Assembly: GCA_023645945.1 (NCBI GenBank) | Contig: JALAIB010000008.1 | Location: 1-54,306, forward strand | Source of the DNA: Diploschistes diacapsis | Lineage: Eukaryota | Direction: 5' to 3' | DNA: 54,306 bases | Part shown: in pieces, positions 24,438 through 37,650 of the stretch | How the letters are laid out: every line of letters starts with the position of its first letter | How positions within the stretch are numbered: position 1 is the first letter of the stretch | Made by a program: the position numbers and the translations under genes | Notes under the pieces: model-generated | The model's input: the letters and a program-made list of their open reading frames with translations, nothing else | What the model was told of the DNA's origin: nothing | The model's database searches: none

Positions 24438-25633
24438 AAACGGTATTCTCTGAAGACATGCGTCAAATGGTAGGAGAGTTTGCTTTCTTCCATTTGGCCC
24501 TGCTATTCTTTGACCAAGCCTCTCTTACGCCAAAACCCGTACAGCATGTTTGAAATGGGCGTGATGACCTTGGTGTGCCTGACTCATATGTTGCGCCATA
24601 GGGCAACCTATCGATGCTTTTGAGAGGTTACGTCGTATCCGCGTTGCTGCCGCCGTGGGCTCGGCGTTGCCCATGAGAAGTCCGTCGAAGGCAGATTCAT
24701 GTCCATATCATCTCCCAATGATCCCTGAGACTTCTACCGCGCTTTAACCACATATTAGAACAAGGCTGGTCGTATGTTCTGGGAGAGTTCCTCGTAGAGG
24801 GGGTGCATGTAAAACGTTGTTCGTAGCTAAACCCATACTCCGACAAGAATGAAGTTCTCCCCAAGTTCTCGTCCCCCAACGATCGACCTAAGCTGCCACT
24901 AGAGCTCACGACATCGAGCCCTCTGATTTTATTTTGATTGAAGCTCAAGTCCAGTGGCAATGCAAAATCTATCGGCCTCACGCAGCTATCCCACGGAATT
25001 GGGGGGGCAACGTCCGTGATAAGCAGAACCCGAAGTGGGCTTTGGGCTGGCTTTGGTAGATAGAGCCCTCCCCCTCCGAGGCATGATTGGTGTGTGGGTT
25101 GTTTGTTTGAGGAAGAACGCGCTTCATCTAAATGCTTGTGCGGGAAAAAAATATAACAGACTGCGCAAATACTTTTCTTCATCATGTCCGTCGATCGCGC
25201 TATACGTGGGAAGGGAGTCGGCATCGCCATTACCTGGAAACCTTCTACTGTCTCTCGTACTGGAGTCGTTTTTGGGGTGGCGGAACAGTGTGGTCTTCGC
25301 ATATATAACTTATATATATATCAGTTTTAGTCCGATAATCCAGTATTGTTGGGTCTTTTGGCCATGTGGCCTAGCGGTACTAAACTGGCGCTTTGTAATA
25401 TCACAACAGGATGTGGAGGGGATTCAGATCTACTTGTTGAAGCAAAACCTCAACGGCGAATTCAAAACCTTTACACAATGGCTTCATGTTCGCGCCTGTC
25501 ATGGCAATAGCATCTCCCGCATTAGCGCCTGGACTCGAAAGGATCGAGTTGCAGCAGTTCAAGTTCGTTCGGGAATCAAAGGTCTTGATTAATCTACCAT
25601 ACCGAAACGCCTAGCAGTGTCCGTACATGCAGC

Positions 25634-28600
25634 TCACTGGATCAGCTTTTTGAGTATCACTTGGCACAACGAAACAAGCGTCTTCGCACCAACAACCTCC
25701 AAAGCGCTGATCTCAACGCTGAGCTCCGACCGTGCCCAGTTCCTCAGCTCCACCGCAACGAGGGAATCTATACCATAAGTCGTCAGGGGCCGAGAAGCTT
25801 CCAGAGGCTCGCTCATGCCCAAGCTCTTCATCAACACTCCGTTCACAAGTTCCACGCACGAGGCCAATAGCGTGGCCTGGTCGACCTGGGTCTCGCCCTT
25901 GCTCGCGCTCTTGAGCATCGCCAAGTGGCTGTCTTTAGCATCCATAGATCCACCAGCGCCACCAGCGCCGGGCCGTAGGGCGCTAAAACGATGGTGTGGC
26001 TGCAACGGCGATGCAGAGGTGAGCTCGCGGGGGATGCCCGTAATCAGCTGCGCCGTGCTCGCAGGGTTGATGGGCGACGAAGTTTGCTGAAGAATGCTGA
26101 AGCGCAAGATCTTGTGCAGAAGCGATTCGTTGATCATTCTCCATCCTTGCGCTTCAAGACGGCGGCTGAGGTTCTCGCGCTCGACAAAGTATCCCACATC
26201 TTCAATAACACCAAGGTTGACCGAGCAGGCCGGTAGGCCCATCGATTGCCGATAAGTGGCGAAGACGTCGAGGAAGACGTTGCCAGCGCTGTAGTTTGCC
26301 TGGGCCTTTTGCCCGACAACACCGCTAACACTGGAAAGTAGAGTGAAGAAGTCGAGCTTGTTGCCTAGTTCAAGGGCTACGTTGTGCAGGTTCCAGGTAC
26401 CCTTGATCTTGGGATCAATCGGTTCACGGAACTCCCGGGCTGTCATCCTTGGGAAAACCTTGTCCTATTGCAGCGTGTCAGATTAGCTTCCAGCTTCCAT
26501 GGCAGCAGATCGGTGCTAGACTCACTCTTAGCACCATGGCTCCCTGTATGATACCACCAATGGGCTTCGTAGCGCTCTTGAAGCACCTTCTAACATCATC
26601 CGCTTGTGTGATATCGCCACGAACAAGATCAACGTGCGTTCCCATTGCGTTCAGGTGGTAGATGACACCCTTACTGGCCTCGTCATCGTAGTTGCTGCGA
26701 GATAGCGCGACCATATATTTGGCACCATGGCGGGCGAGGTATATGGCCAAACTACCGCAGAGGCCCTTGAAACCTCCGGCAATGAGGTACGATACATCTG
26801 ACCGGAGCTTCATAACGGGAAGGGCGGGTCGAATCTGTAGTTCTCCATCAGCTATGTCTGAAGCCGTCCGTAGCAAATCAAGACTTACCGGTACATTGAC
26901 CATGCTTCTATCGCTGTCGGTGATAACAATCTTGCCCATGTGCTTACCATCACGCATATATCGGAATGCATCGACAACGTTTTCGAACCCGAAAGTCTTG
27001 CCAATGTAGAGGGGCTTGATGTGGCCTTCGGCAACGAGCTTGAATATTTGACCAAGTAGTCTGCAATAACAATTAGTATGGAAAGCTCCACCGTGAAGGA
27101 CAGACTTACCTCGCCATGGTAGCGCCAGAGACGCATTGCAAAGACAGATCGAAGGCACGATAAGAAGCGTTCCAGTTGAAAGGCTCCATTGACAAGCTGT
27201 TGCGGTCCAAGATGTCCTTCTTGCCAATCTCAATGAAGATACCGTTCTCAGCAACACAACGCCAAGTTTCGTGGAGCATGTCGCCGGCAAGTGAGTTCAG
27301 AATCACGTCTATCCCACGTCCGTTGGTAGCCTTCATCAGCTCAGGAGCGAATGCAACAGAGCGTGAGTTGAACATGCGCGATCGTGGAATTCCGTAGTTT
27401 TCTTCGAGGAACTTCCGCTTCTCTTCCGAGCCAACGGTGATGTAGATCTCTGCTCCAAGATATCTGGCTATCTGAATAGCTGCCATTCCGACACCACCCG
27501 CTGCCGAATGGATCAAGACGGTTTGTCCCTTTTGGAGATTGGCTAGGTCGAAGAAGCTGTATACTGCGGTGAGGAAACAAACGGGCAACGTGGTGGCTTC
27601 TTCGAATGTCATCCAGTTAGGGATACGGTGGACGCCGCCGGCGACGCTCTTGACTCTGTTGGCGAAGCAAGCACCATCCTTCCTCACCACAGCAACTCTG
27701 TCGCCGACTGATAGCCAGTCCACGCCGTTGCCGACTCGCGTGATGATACCGGCGCATTCCAGGCCGAGCACCTTCTCGTTACAGGGGACGAAGCCCATAG
27801 CGTGTGCAAGATCCTTGAAGTTCATTGCAGCGGCGTGGACTTCCACTTCGACGAATCCGTCTTCAACCACCTCATGGTCATTGACTTCACCGTAGCCCAA
27901 AGTGTCAAGCGTTCCAACACGCGCACTCATCAATCGTGCAGTCTTGGGGTTGCCGTGGAGTGCTTCGAGAACAGGTTCAGGGCCAAATGTTGCGTCCTTC
28001 TCCGATTGATTGACCAAGTCGTCGGGTAGGATACGGCTGATGTGAAGCATGCCACCTCGCTCGACAAACTCGTAGTCGTGCGGCTCCAAAGTGTCGACGG
28101 CCCTAATACGTTTGAGAACGGTGTGGATGGTGCTCAAACTCTGCGATGCGGTGTTGGACTCGAGGTCCAAACACGCCACCATGACTGTGGGGTCTTCAGA
28201 GTGAAGAGACCGCGCAACACCGTTGAACAGACTCTGTTCGGGAAGGGTGATGTTCATGTGGCCACCCTTGGTCACCCAGAGCAAGCGGCACTTCTTTGCA
28301 ACGAGCTGCTGCAGTGCTTCGAATTGGTTGTCGCGCAGGTTCGAAATCATGGGAGCGAACATTTCATCTAGGACAAGAACGGTGCTGTCCGCAGGGATGT
28401 CGTCGCACGGCAGGTCGTGCTCCACCATTTGCCAGCCACAGCTCGAGAGAAGATCCTTCGTGGCGTCCTGGGCTCCATCACGTGGTTGAAAGTGCACGAG
28501 ATGGACTTGGGGATCGGCTCCAAGACTCTCGTTAGCCTTCGCAGCAAGGGAACCAAAGTAGGCAATTTGAAGACCATCTTTGGAGTCTTTCGAGGCTTCG

Positions 28601-31600
28601 CTTGGAAGCACCTTCTCGGCGCCGGTAAGGGACAGCTCGCATGGCACCCTGCTCTCCGACCGATGCAGCACAAGCAGGAAACCGGTTTCAGAAAGCACCT
28701 GCCGCGCAGCTTGCATCACGCTCTGTACTGCTGATGAGAGGTCCGACACTTTAAGGATGACGAGGTCAAACTTCTCCTGAGCCTCTAAGCCGTCGAATGG
28801 CTTCTCGGAGTTGTTCTTACCAAACTCAATGCCGCCGTAGTTTCCATACTTTATACGAGCGTCGATCAGGTCGTTCTCTCCTTGCAAGGACAAGTAATAT
28901 TGGCAGTTGGCTCCCAATTCGGAAACATGCGGCCTGACCTGGTCAATCCACAGGCTCTCCACGCCCTCGACAAGGCTAGTTTCCATGATCCTCAGGCTTG
29001 GATTTTTGTGAGCAATAAGCTCGATGGCCTTGGCAGTCGTTGCTATCGTTCCAGTTTTGTCCAAGTCCGATGGGGCGGCAGCTTCAGTCAGGAGGATCTT
29101 GGAAAGGTGTTGCTGGTTAGCAAAGGTGATATCAGGCTGCCAGGTAACATGCAAATAAGTGTGTGCCAGGTGAGCGTCGTTCGTGGCGTCAAGGCTGTGG
29201 TATCGAAGGCCAGAGAGTCGCATTACCATCTCACCATTTTCGGGATTGAAGACGGACACGTTGGACTTGTAGCGCCTTGCGTCGTCGATTCTCCCAATCT
29301 TGGTGAACTCTGCATCGGCCACGGCCATGCCCTTTGCGGGCACCGCAGATTGAGCATGAATGGTAAGCTCGTCAATCATCGCGGGCAACATTAGATTGCC
29401 AACTGAGCTCCTATGACCGCTCCAGAGGGACGCGGCACCGGTCTGGAAGCAGGAATCGATGGTGACAGGGTGCATTGGGTAACGTGACTGGGGCAGAACG
29501 GACTCCGGAGCGTCAAAAGACACCAATGCCCTGTTTCGGCGCGATCCTGCGGTTGACTCGACCTCCAGTTGTCGACGGAAGCCAGGACCAAAACTATAGC
29601 CAACGTCGAGCATAGCTTTGTACCAGATAGCGGCTGGCGAGCTATGTTTCAGGGGCTCCAGATCGCTGGCCGTACCAACTTGCTTGGTCTGCTCGCCCAG
29701 GGAAATTAATCCCTGGCAGTGGTCGCTGATGATGTCCTTGACGATGGACGAGATTTTGAACTCGTGCCAGGATTCTTTGGTGCTAGTACAAGGCGTGAGG
29801 AGAAGGAGAACCTTGGATCCCTTGTCATCATCTTCGAGGGGGAGAGTCCTTGAGAAGGTGACGTTACGAAGCTTGTACATTACCTGGTTAACCTGAATAT
29901 CGTCCGCAAGGCGACCGGTGGCCTTGCTCTTTTGGTAAAGCGCTTCGACTGCCATGGCGACGTAGCCAGACCCCGGCATGATCACGCTGTCGCCGAGCTT
30001 GTGGTCACGAAGCCACGGCATCTCGGAAAGCTTGATGGTTTTCTTGAACTCCGGTTGTGTCCAAGGAGTTCCGAGAATCTTTGTGCCGATGAGATCGTGA
30101 TGAAGGAACTTGCGGAATCGCCAATCCTTGCTGGACTCGCTCTCGTGCCAGAACTTGGTGGAGTGATCCCAAGAGTAGTTTGGTAGATCGACGATGAACG
30201 CCGGTGGTGCAGACTCGCTGTCTTTGTTGACCTGAGTCAGATCTATTGGGTATCCGTTGGTGAAGAGCCTTCCTGCAAGTCCGAGTAGCGTCGGCAGAGC
30301 ATCCGAGCCTCTCTTCCATGCCGATGTATAATCAACCTGGACGGAAGCGGCCTTCTTGATCTGGTTGAGGGGACCTGCCAAAGCGTTGCTAGGGCCGAGT
30401 TCTATCAACAGATCAAGACCCTCGGGCTGGGTGATCATCTGCTTGACAGCTTGGTTGAACAGAACCGGCGACACCATGTTCTGAACCCAGTAGCTGGGGC
30501 CAAGAACTTTTTCGACCTTCTTGCCAATTGTAGATGAAAACATAGGTCGGCGATCCTCGGGCAAGGTTTCAGGCCACTCGACGTTGTTCTCAAGCAGGTT
30601 CTGGTACTCGTCCGAGATGACATGCATGTACCGAGAGTGATAAGCTGCCTCGACTTGGAGCAGCCTAGCGAAGTGGCCATCGCCCTTGATTGTCTTTTCG
30701 ACAACCTCCAACTCTGACCGTTGTCCGGAGAGAGTGACGCTCTCGGGACTGTTGATGCATGCGACCTCGACCGACGTCTTTTCCAAGTAGGGCCGAACTT
30801 TCTCCACGCCGAGACCAACCGCAAGCATTCCTACGCGCACATCATACCTGGCATTAGAGGTTGCCTTGCCGCGGTAGAAGGCGATCTTGATGGCTTGCGC
30901 GGGCGTCAAGGTGCCGGCTGCTACAGCAGCTGCAATCTCACCGGATGAGTGGCCGACCACTGCCTCGCAGGACACGCCAAACTTATTGAGAACGGCTAGC
31001 ATGGCGAGTTGAAGAGCGGTAACGAGAGGCTGAGAGAATTCTGGGAGCTTCAGTTGTTCTCCGCTGCGCGGTTTCGTGATCTCGTCGAGAATGTTCCATT
31101 TCGGTGCGTCCGGAAGGCTCTGAAGCACTTGGTCCAGATACTTGACTTGCTCAACGGCAGCTGGGAAAGTCTTGAGAAGGTCCCTGCCCATTTCTGGCCA
31201 CTGGGCACCCTGGCCGGTGAACACGAATCCAATCTTAGGAGGTTCGCTTTTTGTGCTGTCGGCGATCAAAGATTGCATGTCGAGAGTCTTGCTTGCTGCA
31301 ATCGTGTATCCGCGTCGGAAGAGCTTACTACGCTTCTCGGACAGAGTGTATGCCAGGTCGCGCAAGCTCACACTGACAGAAGGGTCCGAGAGGTGCCTGT
31401 CCAGCGCAGAGTACTGGGATTTGAGCGACTCGTCGTTGTTGGCCGAGAGAACGAGGAGGTACGGCCTTTCGACAGTCTCTTCGTCGGCGAAAAGATCGGC
31501 TTCCTCTGTGAGGTAAGAAGAGACGTGCCTGCTCACGCCAACAGCGGCGTCCACGATGATGTGAGAATTGGAGCCACCGTAACCGAAGGAGTTGACGCTT

Positions 31601-32958
31601 GCTCTGCGGAACGGCACAGCCGGCCATTTTGTGGTAGTCCTAGAAGGAGCGACTCGGAGCTTCTGGAAGTCAATGTTAGGGTTTGGGGTGATGAAAGTGG
31701 GATTGCCCGGGATGATGCCCTTCTCGAGCGAGAGGACGGCTTTGAGCAGTCCGGTGATACCTGCTGCGGGTTCGGAGTGGCCCAAGTTGCTCTTAACGGA
31801 TCCTATACGCAGCGGCTTGTCTGGCGAGAAGCTGTCGGAGAAAACCGAGGCGACTCCTTTGACTTCGATGGCGTCTCCAGCTCGTGTACCAGTGCCGTGG
31901 CACTCGACATAGCTAGTCAAAGACAGATCAGTGATACCGGCGTTGGCGTAGGCCTGTCGGATGGCTTGGGCTTGAGCGTCTGAATTTGGGCTGGCAATAC
32001 CCGCCGTCCAGCCGTCGCTGTTCGAAGCTGAGCCGCGAATGATTGCTCGTATCGGGTCGTTATCCTTGATAGCATCATCCAGGCGCTTGAGGAACACCAT
32101 GTTCACGGCCTCGGCTTTGATGTAGCCATCGGCCTTCGCGTCAAAGGTGTGACACTTTCCAGAAAGCGAAGCAGTGCCGTTGGCGCCCATATGGTGGTCC
32201 ATCACATGCTCGGGGCTAAGGTAAATGTTGCAACCAGCAACGATTGCTCCGCTGATCTCTCCGGTTTGAAGGTATCGTGAAGCAACATCCAAGCCGGTCA
32301 TGCTTCCAGAGCACGCAGTGTCAATAGTCATACTCGGGCCCTTGATGTTGAGAAAGTGACTGATTCTGTTGCTAAGCATAGCTCGACCGATCCCAACGGT
32401 ATTCGCAGCTGAGCGATCCTCGGGATCACGGGTCTGCATATCCGCGTAATCGCAAGCAAACGAGCCTACGAAACATCCCACGGGCGCTCTGTCGAGCTCC
32501 TCCAGCGTGACGCCTGCGTTCTCGAGACCTTCATAGACAACCTCGAGTAACTGTCGCTGCTGAGGGTCCATTGCAATAGCCTCTAGCTTCGACAACTTGA
32601 AGAACTGTGCATCTATGTCTCTAGGATCCACGTTCTGAAGGTACATTCCTCCCGGTGAGGCCATGGTCTTGTTGCGGAGGGATCCATCGTAGTGAGTATC
32701 GATGTTGTACCGTGATGTTGGAGGCCTATTCTTCGCAATGCCGCCCCTTTCGATGAACTTCCAGAACTGTGCGGGGGTGCTGCACTCGTCAGGGAGACGA
32801 CATGCCATACCAACCACTGCAATGGGCTGCTGGACATTTCCCCTCCTGACGTTCTGGGCTTGTTGAGGATTGTTGGCATGGTGAGCGCTGTTGACTCCAC
32901 CCGTATAGTGACCGTTAACGCCATTCATCCCGTTAGAGCCGTTGTGGTTGATTCCCAT
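25634..32958 (-). CDS. Highly reducing iterative type I polyketide synthase, KS-AT-DH-(pseudoMT)-ER-KR-ACP, ~2386 aa
   Basis: Exons 32958-27110, 27060-26889, 26834-26526 and 26464-25634 join in frame (7161 nt). KS: DTACSGS, ECHGTGT, KSNLGHSE. AT: GHSSGE, AAYHS. DH: DHKLGDSVIMP, HPVTIDSCFQ. ER: LIHSAAGGVG. KR: IAGGFKGLC, VLRD, QANYSAGN. ACP: GIDSLVAVELRNW. No TE or R domain. Confidence 0.97.
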
Positions 32959-33619
32959 TTTGAAAACCTAGAAACGAAAAAAAAGCAGTATACAAGGAGA
33001 GTAAAAGTTGGATCGGGGGATGCTTCAAGATATGACTTTATATGGCAGCCGCACCTTGCATTTTATATTGATCAGGGGAAGCTCCAGTAGACCCTCAGCA
33101 CCCTGAGCCTGTCTAACCAGTTGCTGCCACGCCGCACCAGCTCGTCTCACCCCGCGGCAGAGATGGCAAAATCTTTCCGAAACAGACTACTCATAATGAG
33201 GTTGTCTCGACTTCGAGGTGAGCTACGCTGCGCCGCTGGTCAGCATCTGTCTCAAACGTTCCAGTAATATAAGACATCCTGGCTGAAGGATGGTGGATAT
33301 GACTCAATACTACCTTTCATTGGCACCACTCAAAGCTGACCACCAAGGATAACGGGGTTGGCTATCGTCAAGAGGAAGTAAAGGCCGGCGGCTGATGGGG
33401 GCTTTCTCATAGCTTTGTCTATAAAAAGACAAGCTCCTGCCACGGTCACAGAAGGGCAGAACATCACTTCCGTTCAAAATCGATTCAGCCGGTGAACAAC
33501 AACACATTGTCTATCTTGGCTTGTTACTTCGTGCCTTATTAACTTACAAAAGGTGCTCCCTGCATACCTACCTCTCATCTCCCCAAAGCAGACTCAACGT
33601 CCAATCGCATTCCTCCGAA
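32959..33619. promoter_or_regulatory. Bidirectional promoter region between the PKS and the thiohydrolase, with candidate TATA boxes
   Basis: The divergent ATGs are ~660 bp apart. TATAAAA lies on the minus strand at 33061-33067 (toward the PKS) and TATAAAAA on the plus strand at 33420-33427 (toward the hydrolase). Confidence 0.55.
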
Positions 33620-34619
33620 ATGGCCGGTCGGGAAGACGTGGAATTCAAGACCATCGATGGTCTCGTTCTAAGGGGCGTCGTGTATCCCGCTAAAGAGCGA
33701 GGTCCCGGCGTTGTAATGAGTCCAGGGGTAAGGTTCACCAGCTCCTGATCCCGCGGCTCTGCTTTTTGAGGCTCACAATCGCCACGTGTAGTTCAACGGC
33801 GTCAAGGAAATGGTGGGACTGCCTAGCGCGGCCGCAGCCTTCCAGGATGCAGGCTTCACCGTTCTTGCGTATGACCACCGCACGACCGGTCTCAGTGATG
33901 GAGAGCCAAGGAACGATATCGACCCATTCAAGCAGATCGAGGATTACTCCGACGCCTTGACCTTTCTCTCGACTCACTCGATGGTGGATTCAGCCCGCAT
34001 GGGCATTTGGGGGATGTCACTGTCAGGCGCCGTGGCGCTGTGTACCGCATGTTTCGATCGCAGGGCACGCTTCGTGATCGCCGTGTGCCCCGCCACTCAG
34101 TATCAATACAACGAAAGGAAGCTCTCCAACGTGCTGTCCCGGATCGCCAAGGATCGCGAGTCTCAGGTCAAGGGGAACCCGCCATTCTACATTCCTATGC
34201 TCGACCAGGCGGGCGAGAACCCTGCAGGGTTCAACCTAGGGGTGGACAAAGATGCGGCTATGCGGATCCTGGCTGCTCAGGACGAAACGATCTCGACACG
34301 CCAGGCCTTGGCACCAAACCATGTCAACAGGACAACGATCCAGTCCTACAAGAAGCTTCTGATGTGGAGCCCTTCATACATGTGGAAGCAGCATCTGCTC
34401 ACTACTCCAGCCATGTTTGTTGTGCCGGAGCTGGACGAGTTAATCTCAGCGAAGGCGCAGCAGGAGTACTTTCAGCTCCTCCCAGGACCAAAGAAGATGC
34501 ACATCCAGAAGGGCCGTGGACATATGGACATCTTGGAGGGGGAAAGCTTGCCAGGTGTGATGCAGTTGCAGATTGACTTCATCCACGATTCTTTGGATGG
34601 CAAGGTCGGTCGACCATAG
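33620..34619 (+). CDS. Alpha/beta-hydrolase, PKS-partner thiohydrolase/thioesterase (Bref-TH/Fma-AT-like), 2 exons
   Basis: Spliced at intron 33728-33791: [19 protein letters not shown]...MSPG-FNGVKEM...[29 protein letters not shown]. Nucleophile WGMSLSG, acid ELDELI, His GRGHMD. Confidence 0.88.
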
Positions 34620-35580
34620 GTTCGGATATTTGGAATGGCATAGAGGCTTGCATTCCTTGGTTAGTTAGAGTTTACTAGTGATGTAGTAGCAACATAGAGA
34701 ATTGAATTTGAAGCTGTGGTGCTGATAACCGAGAGCACGTTTGCACGTTACAGTTGCAATTTGATACAACAGCCAATGTAGTGTAACTTGCTAGCAGATT
34801 ATCGTTTAGCGAGTTTTCTGCCACAGCACCTAGATCAGGCTAGATGTAGACGTAGTGTAATTAAACGGGTAACGCTGTTATTAATACTGCCTACTAGTAC
34901 TAGCGGTACCTTAGCTACTTACTAGTGCCATCCGCTTAAAAAACCCTTCTGCAACCTCTGAATCAGGAATTGCTGCACGTGCCGTGCTCAAAGCAGTAAT
35001 GCTATCTCGAAACCCTTCGGGACTCTCTTTTTCCGGCTCAGAGTTGCATTCGACAGCTTCTTGGTGCTCTCGGGACTTGAGCATCTTCCTTTGCCTCCCT
35101 GTTACTAGTTCCTGTAGCACCAAGAGCGATGAAATAACAAATGATCTTTACGTAATAGCGGGACGCAAAGCTGAAGAACGCTTCTTCCGAATTTGTTTCA
35201 GATATCGGGTTTCCTTCCAAAGCTATCGCTTTCGATCCTATCACTGGCCAACTCGTGTCTCTGCAGTTATAGGCTGAACATCTTACGTTGTTGAGCAAGG
35301 GTTCACAATGTAACGTGAGGGGGGCCACTTCGGCGCGGTGCGGTGATTACAGGCTTACAGCATGACCAACACAGTCACGGTCGGCCATTACTGGCCTTGT
35401 AAGGCAAACAGCAATTCGAGCATCGTGCTTCCCATGTGCGAGCTCGTGTCTTCCTACTCCAATTCAGCAAGCAGAGGGGCAACTCATTGCATCAGAGAAT
35501 GAGCAATTTTGACAAGCATCACCCATCCATAAGCCTCTGCTCACTTTCTTGTCGAGTCTCTCTTTCCTGCGGGCGACATC

Positions 35581-37510
35581 ATGTCTTTGCCAATCATTTT
35601 CTCTCCTCGCTCCAGCGTGATCATCCCGGGGTCGATACTCGAGTTTCCTGGGCTCACTGCTTTACCTGCCTTCCCGGAGGAGCCTGAGGATGAGTCCCCG
35701 CCGTCTCCGGCGTGCAAGCGGACGACAGCACAGATTGCCGTGATCATGATTTCTCTGAGCGCCTCTTGCTTCGTTGCTGCCCTTGATGTGACGATAATAG
35801 CAACTGCCTTACCCGCCATTTCCGAATACTTCCAGTCGCAGTCGGCATACACATGGGTCGGCACCGCATACATCTTGGCCAACACTGCCAGCACCCCTTC
35901 GTGGGGTAAGGTGTCAGACATATGGGGCCGGAAGCCCATCATGCTAATGTCGGTGGGCATCTTCCTCGCGGGCAGTCTCATGTGTGCTTTGGTGAACAGC
36001 ATGCCAGCTTTCATCGCCGGTCGTGCTGTTCAGGGCTTCGGTGCTGCCGGCCTGATCACGCTTGTCAACATCACTATTAGCGATCTGTTTTCTATGAGGG
36101 ATCGGGGCATGTACTTTGGGCTGATATCCATTGTATGGGCCTTCGCCAGCGGTGTGGGACCGGTGCTGGGTGGCTTGTTTACACAAAAACTTACGTGAGT
36201 ACTTCGATCCTCAAGAAGCTTACCGAGCTCTTGTACATTGGTTTGTGTGGCTGACACGCATTTTTCAGGTGGCGGTGGTGCTTTTACATCAACGGTACGT
36301 TCGGCCCTATGATTCAGGTTGAAGAGGTGTGTATCAGAGCACATTGCTAACTCGATGATAGTGCCGATCACCATAGCGGTCTTTTTGCTCCTGCTCTTCA
36401 CTCTAGAGCTTGAAACGCCGAAGATTCCAGTATGGGAAGGCTTGAAGGCAGTTGATTGGAGTGGCAGCGCCCTGATAGCCGGAGCGACTCTGATGCTTCT
36501 TCTGGGTCTCAATTTCGGCGGCGTCAATTATCCCTGGGACTCGGCCATGGTTCTCTGCCTCATTGTCTTTGGCGCTGTCGTTGGCGCCATCTTCGTCGTC
36601 AACGAGTGGAAACTTGCACGATACCCAATCATCCCACTGTACCTATTCCGCCAGCGGTACCGAATAGCCTCTTTCGCAGTATGCTTCTGTCACGGCTTCG
36701 TGTTCATGGGTGAGGCGTATTACATTCCGCTATATTTTCAGGCAGTACTAGGCACGAGTCCGCTGATCTCTGGCGTGTATCTCTTGCCATTCATACTGTC
36801 GTTGACGATAATGGCCGCATTTACGGGATTCTTCATACAAAAAACTGGCAATTATATTATTACAGTTTACGTCGGTTTAACTCTCTTAACCCTCGGGATA
36901 GGCCTGCTTATCGATCTTGACGTTGAAACAGATTGGGTGAAGATCATCCTTTTCCAGATCGTTGCCGGCATGGGTGTTGGTCTCAATTTCGAAGGGCCGC
37001 TACTTTCCATGCAGGCTACAATTGCGCTCGAAGACGTCGCGACCGCCACAGCCACCTTCAGCTTTGTCAGGTCCATTTCGACGGCCATATCTATCGTGAT
37101 TGGTGGAGTAGTCTTCCAGAATCAGATGGTCAACGAAGGGCCGCAGCTTGTGGCCGGCTTGGGCCCCGAGCTAGCCAGCCAGCTCGGCGGCGGGAACGCT
37201 GCTGCAAACATTGGAATAATCGGTACGCTAGCACCTGCGCAGCAGGTCATTGTCCGACAAGCGTTCTACAATTCCATAAGATCAATGTGGATCATGGTCA
37301 GCATCCTTCGTATTCTTTCGCTAGAAACTAGCTAATCTCGTACAGTATGTCGGAGTCGCGGCAGTCGGCCTGTTTGCCGGCGCCTTTATCGGCGTTCACA
37401 CCTTGAGCAAAGACCACAGAGCCGCGACTATCGGACTGCCGACCGGGAGCAAGAAGGAGAATAGGATCACGGAGGGTTATCCATTAGGCGGCTATACGGA
37501 GTATAGTTGA
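35581..37510 (+). CDS. MFS drug:H+ antiporter (DHA2, 14-TMS) efflux pump, 4 exons
   Basis: ALDVTIIATALPAI, WGKVSDIWGRK, GRAVQGFG, GPVLGG, micro-exon WRWCFYIN (~36269-36294), YYIPLYFQAV. The last exon YVGVAAVGLF...EYS* ends at 37510. Confidence 0.93.
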
Positions 37511-37650
37511 TGCCCGGTACGAGACATGCATTGGGGGTACATGGGTGGCATATTGGAGATTTAGCAAGCGAAATTGAATTTGGCGCTCTTTTGCTCAATT
37601 TTCAAATCATGTCCCGATTTCCCCCTGTTTAACCGATCCGACAACATTTG

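Noticed and set aside
24697..25592. 201-aa (minus) and 185-aa (plus) ORFs between MEMO1 and the PKS
   Set aside because: They overlap each other, have atypical composition and show no motifs; likely 3' UTR or spacer.
31009..31983. 324-aa plus-strand ORF and other long ORFs antisense to the PKS
   Set aside because: These are shadow ORFs produced by codon bias in the PKS and carry no recognisable motifs.
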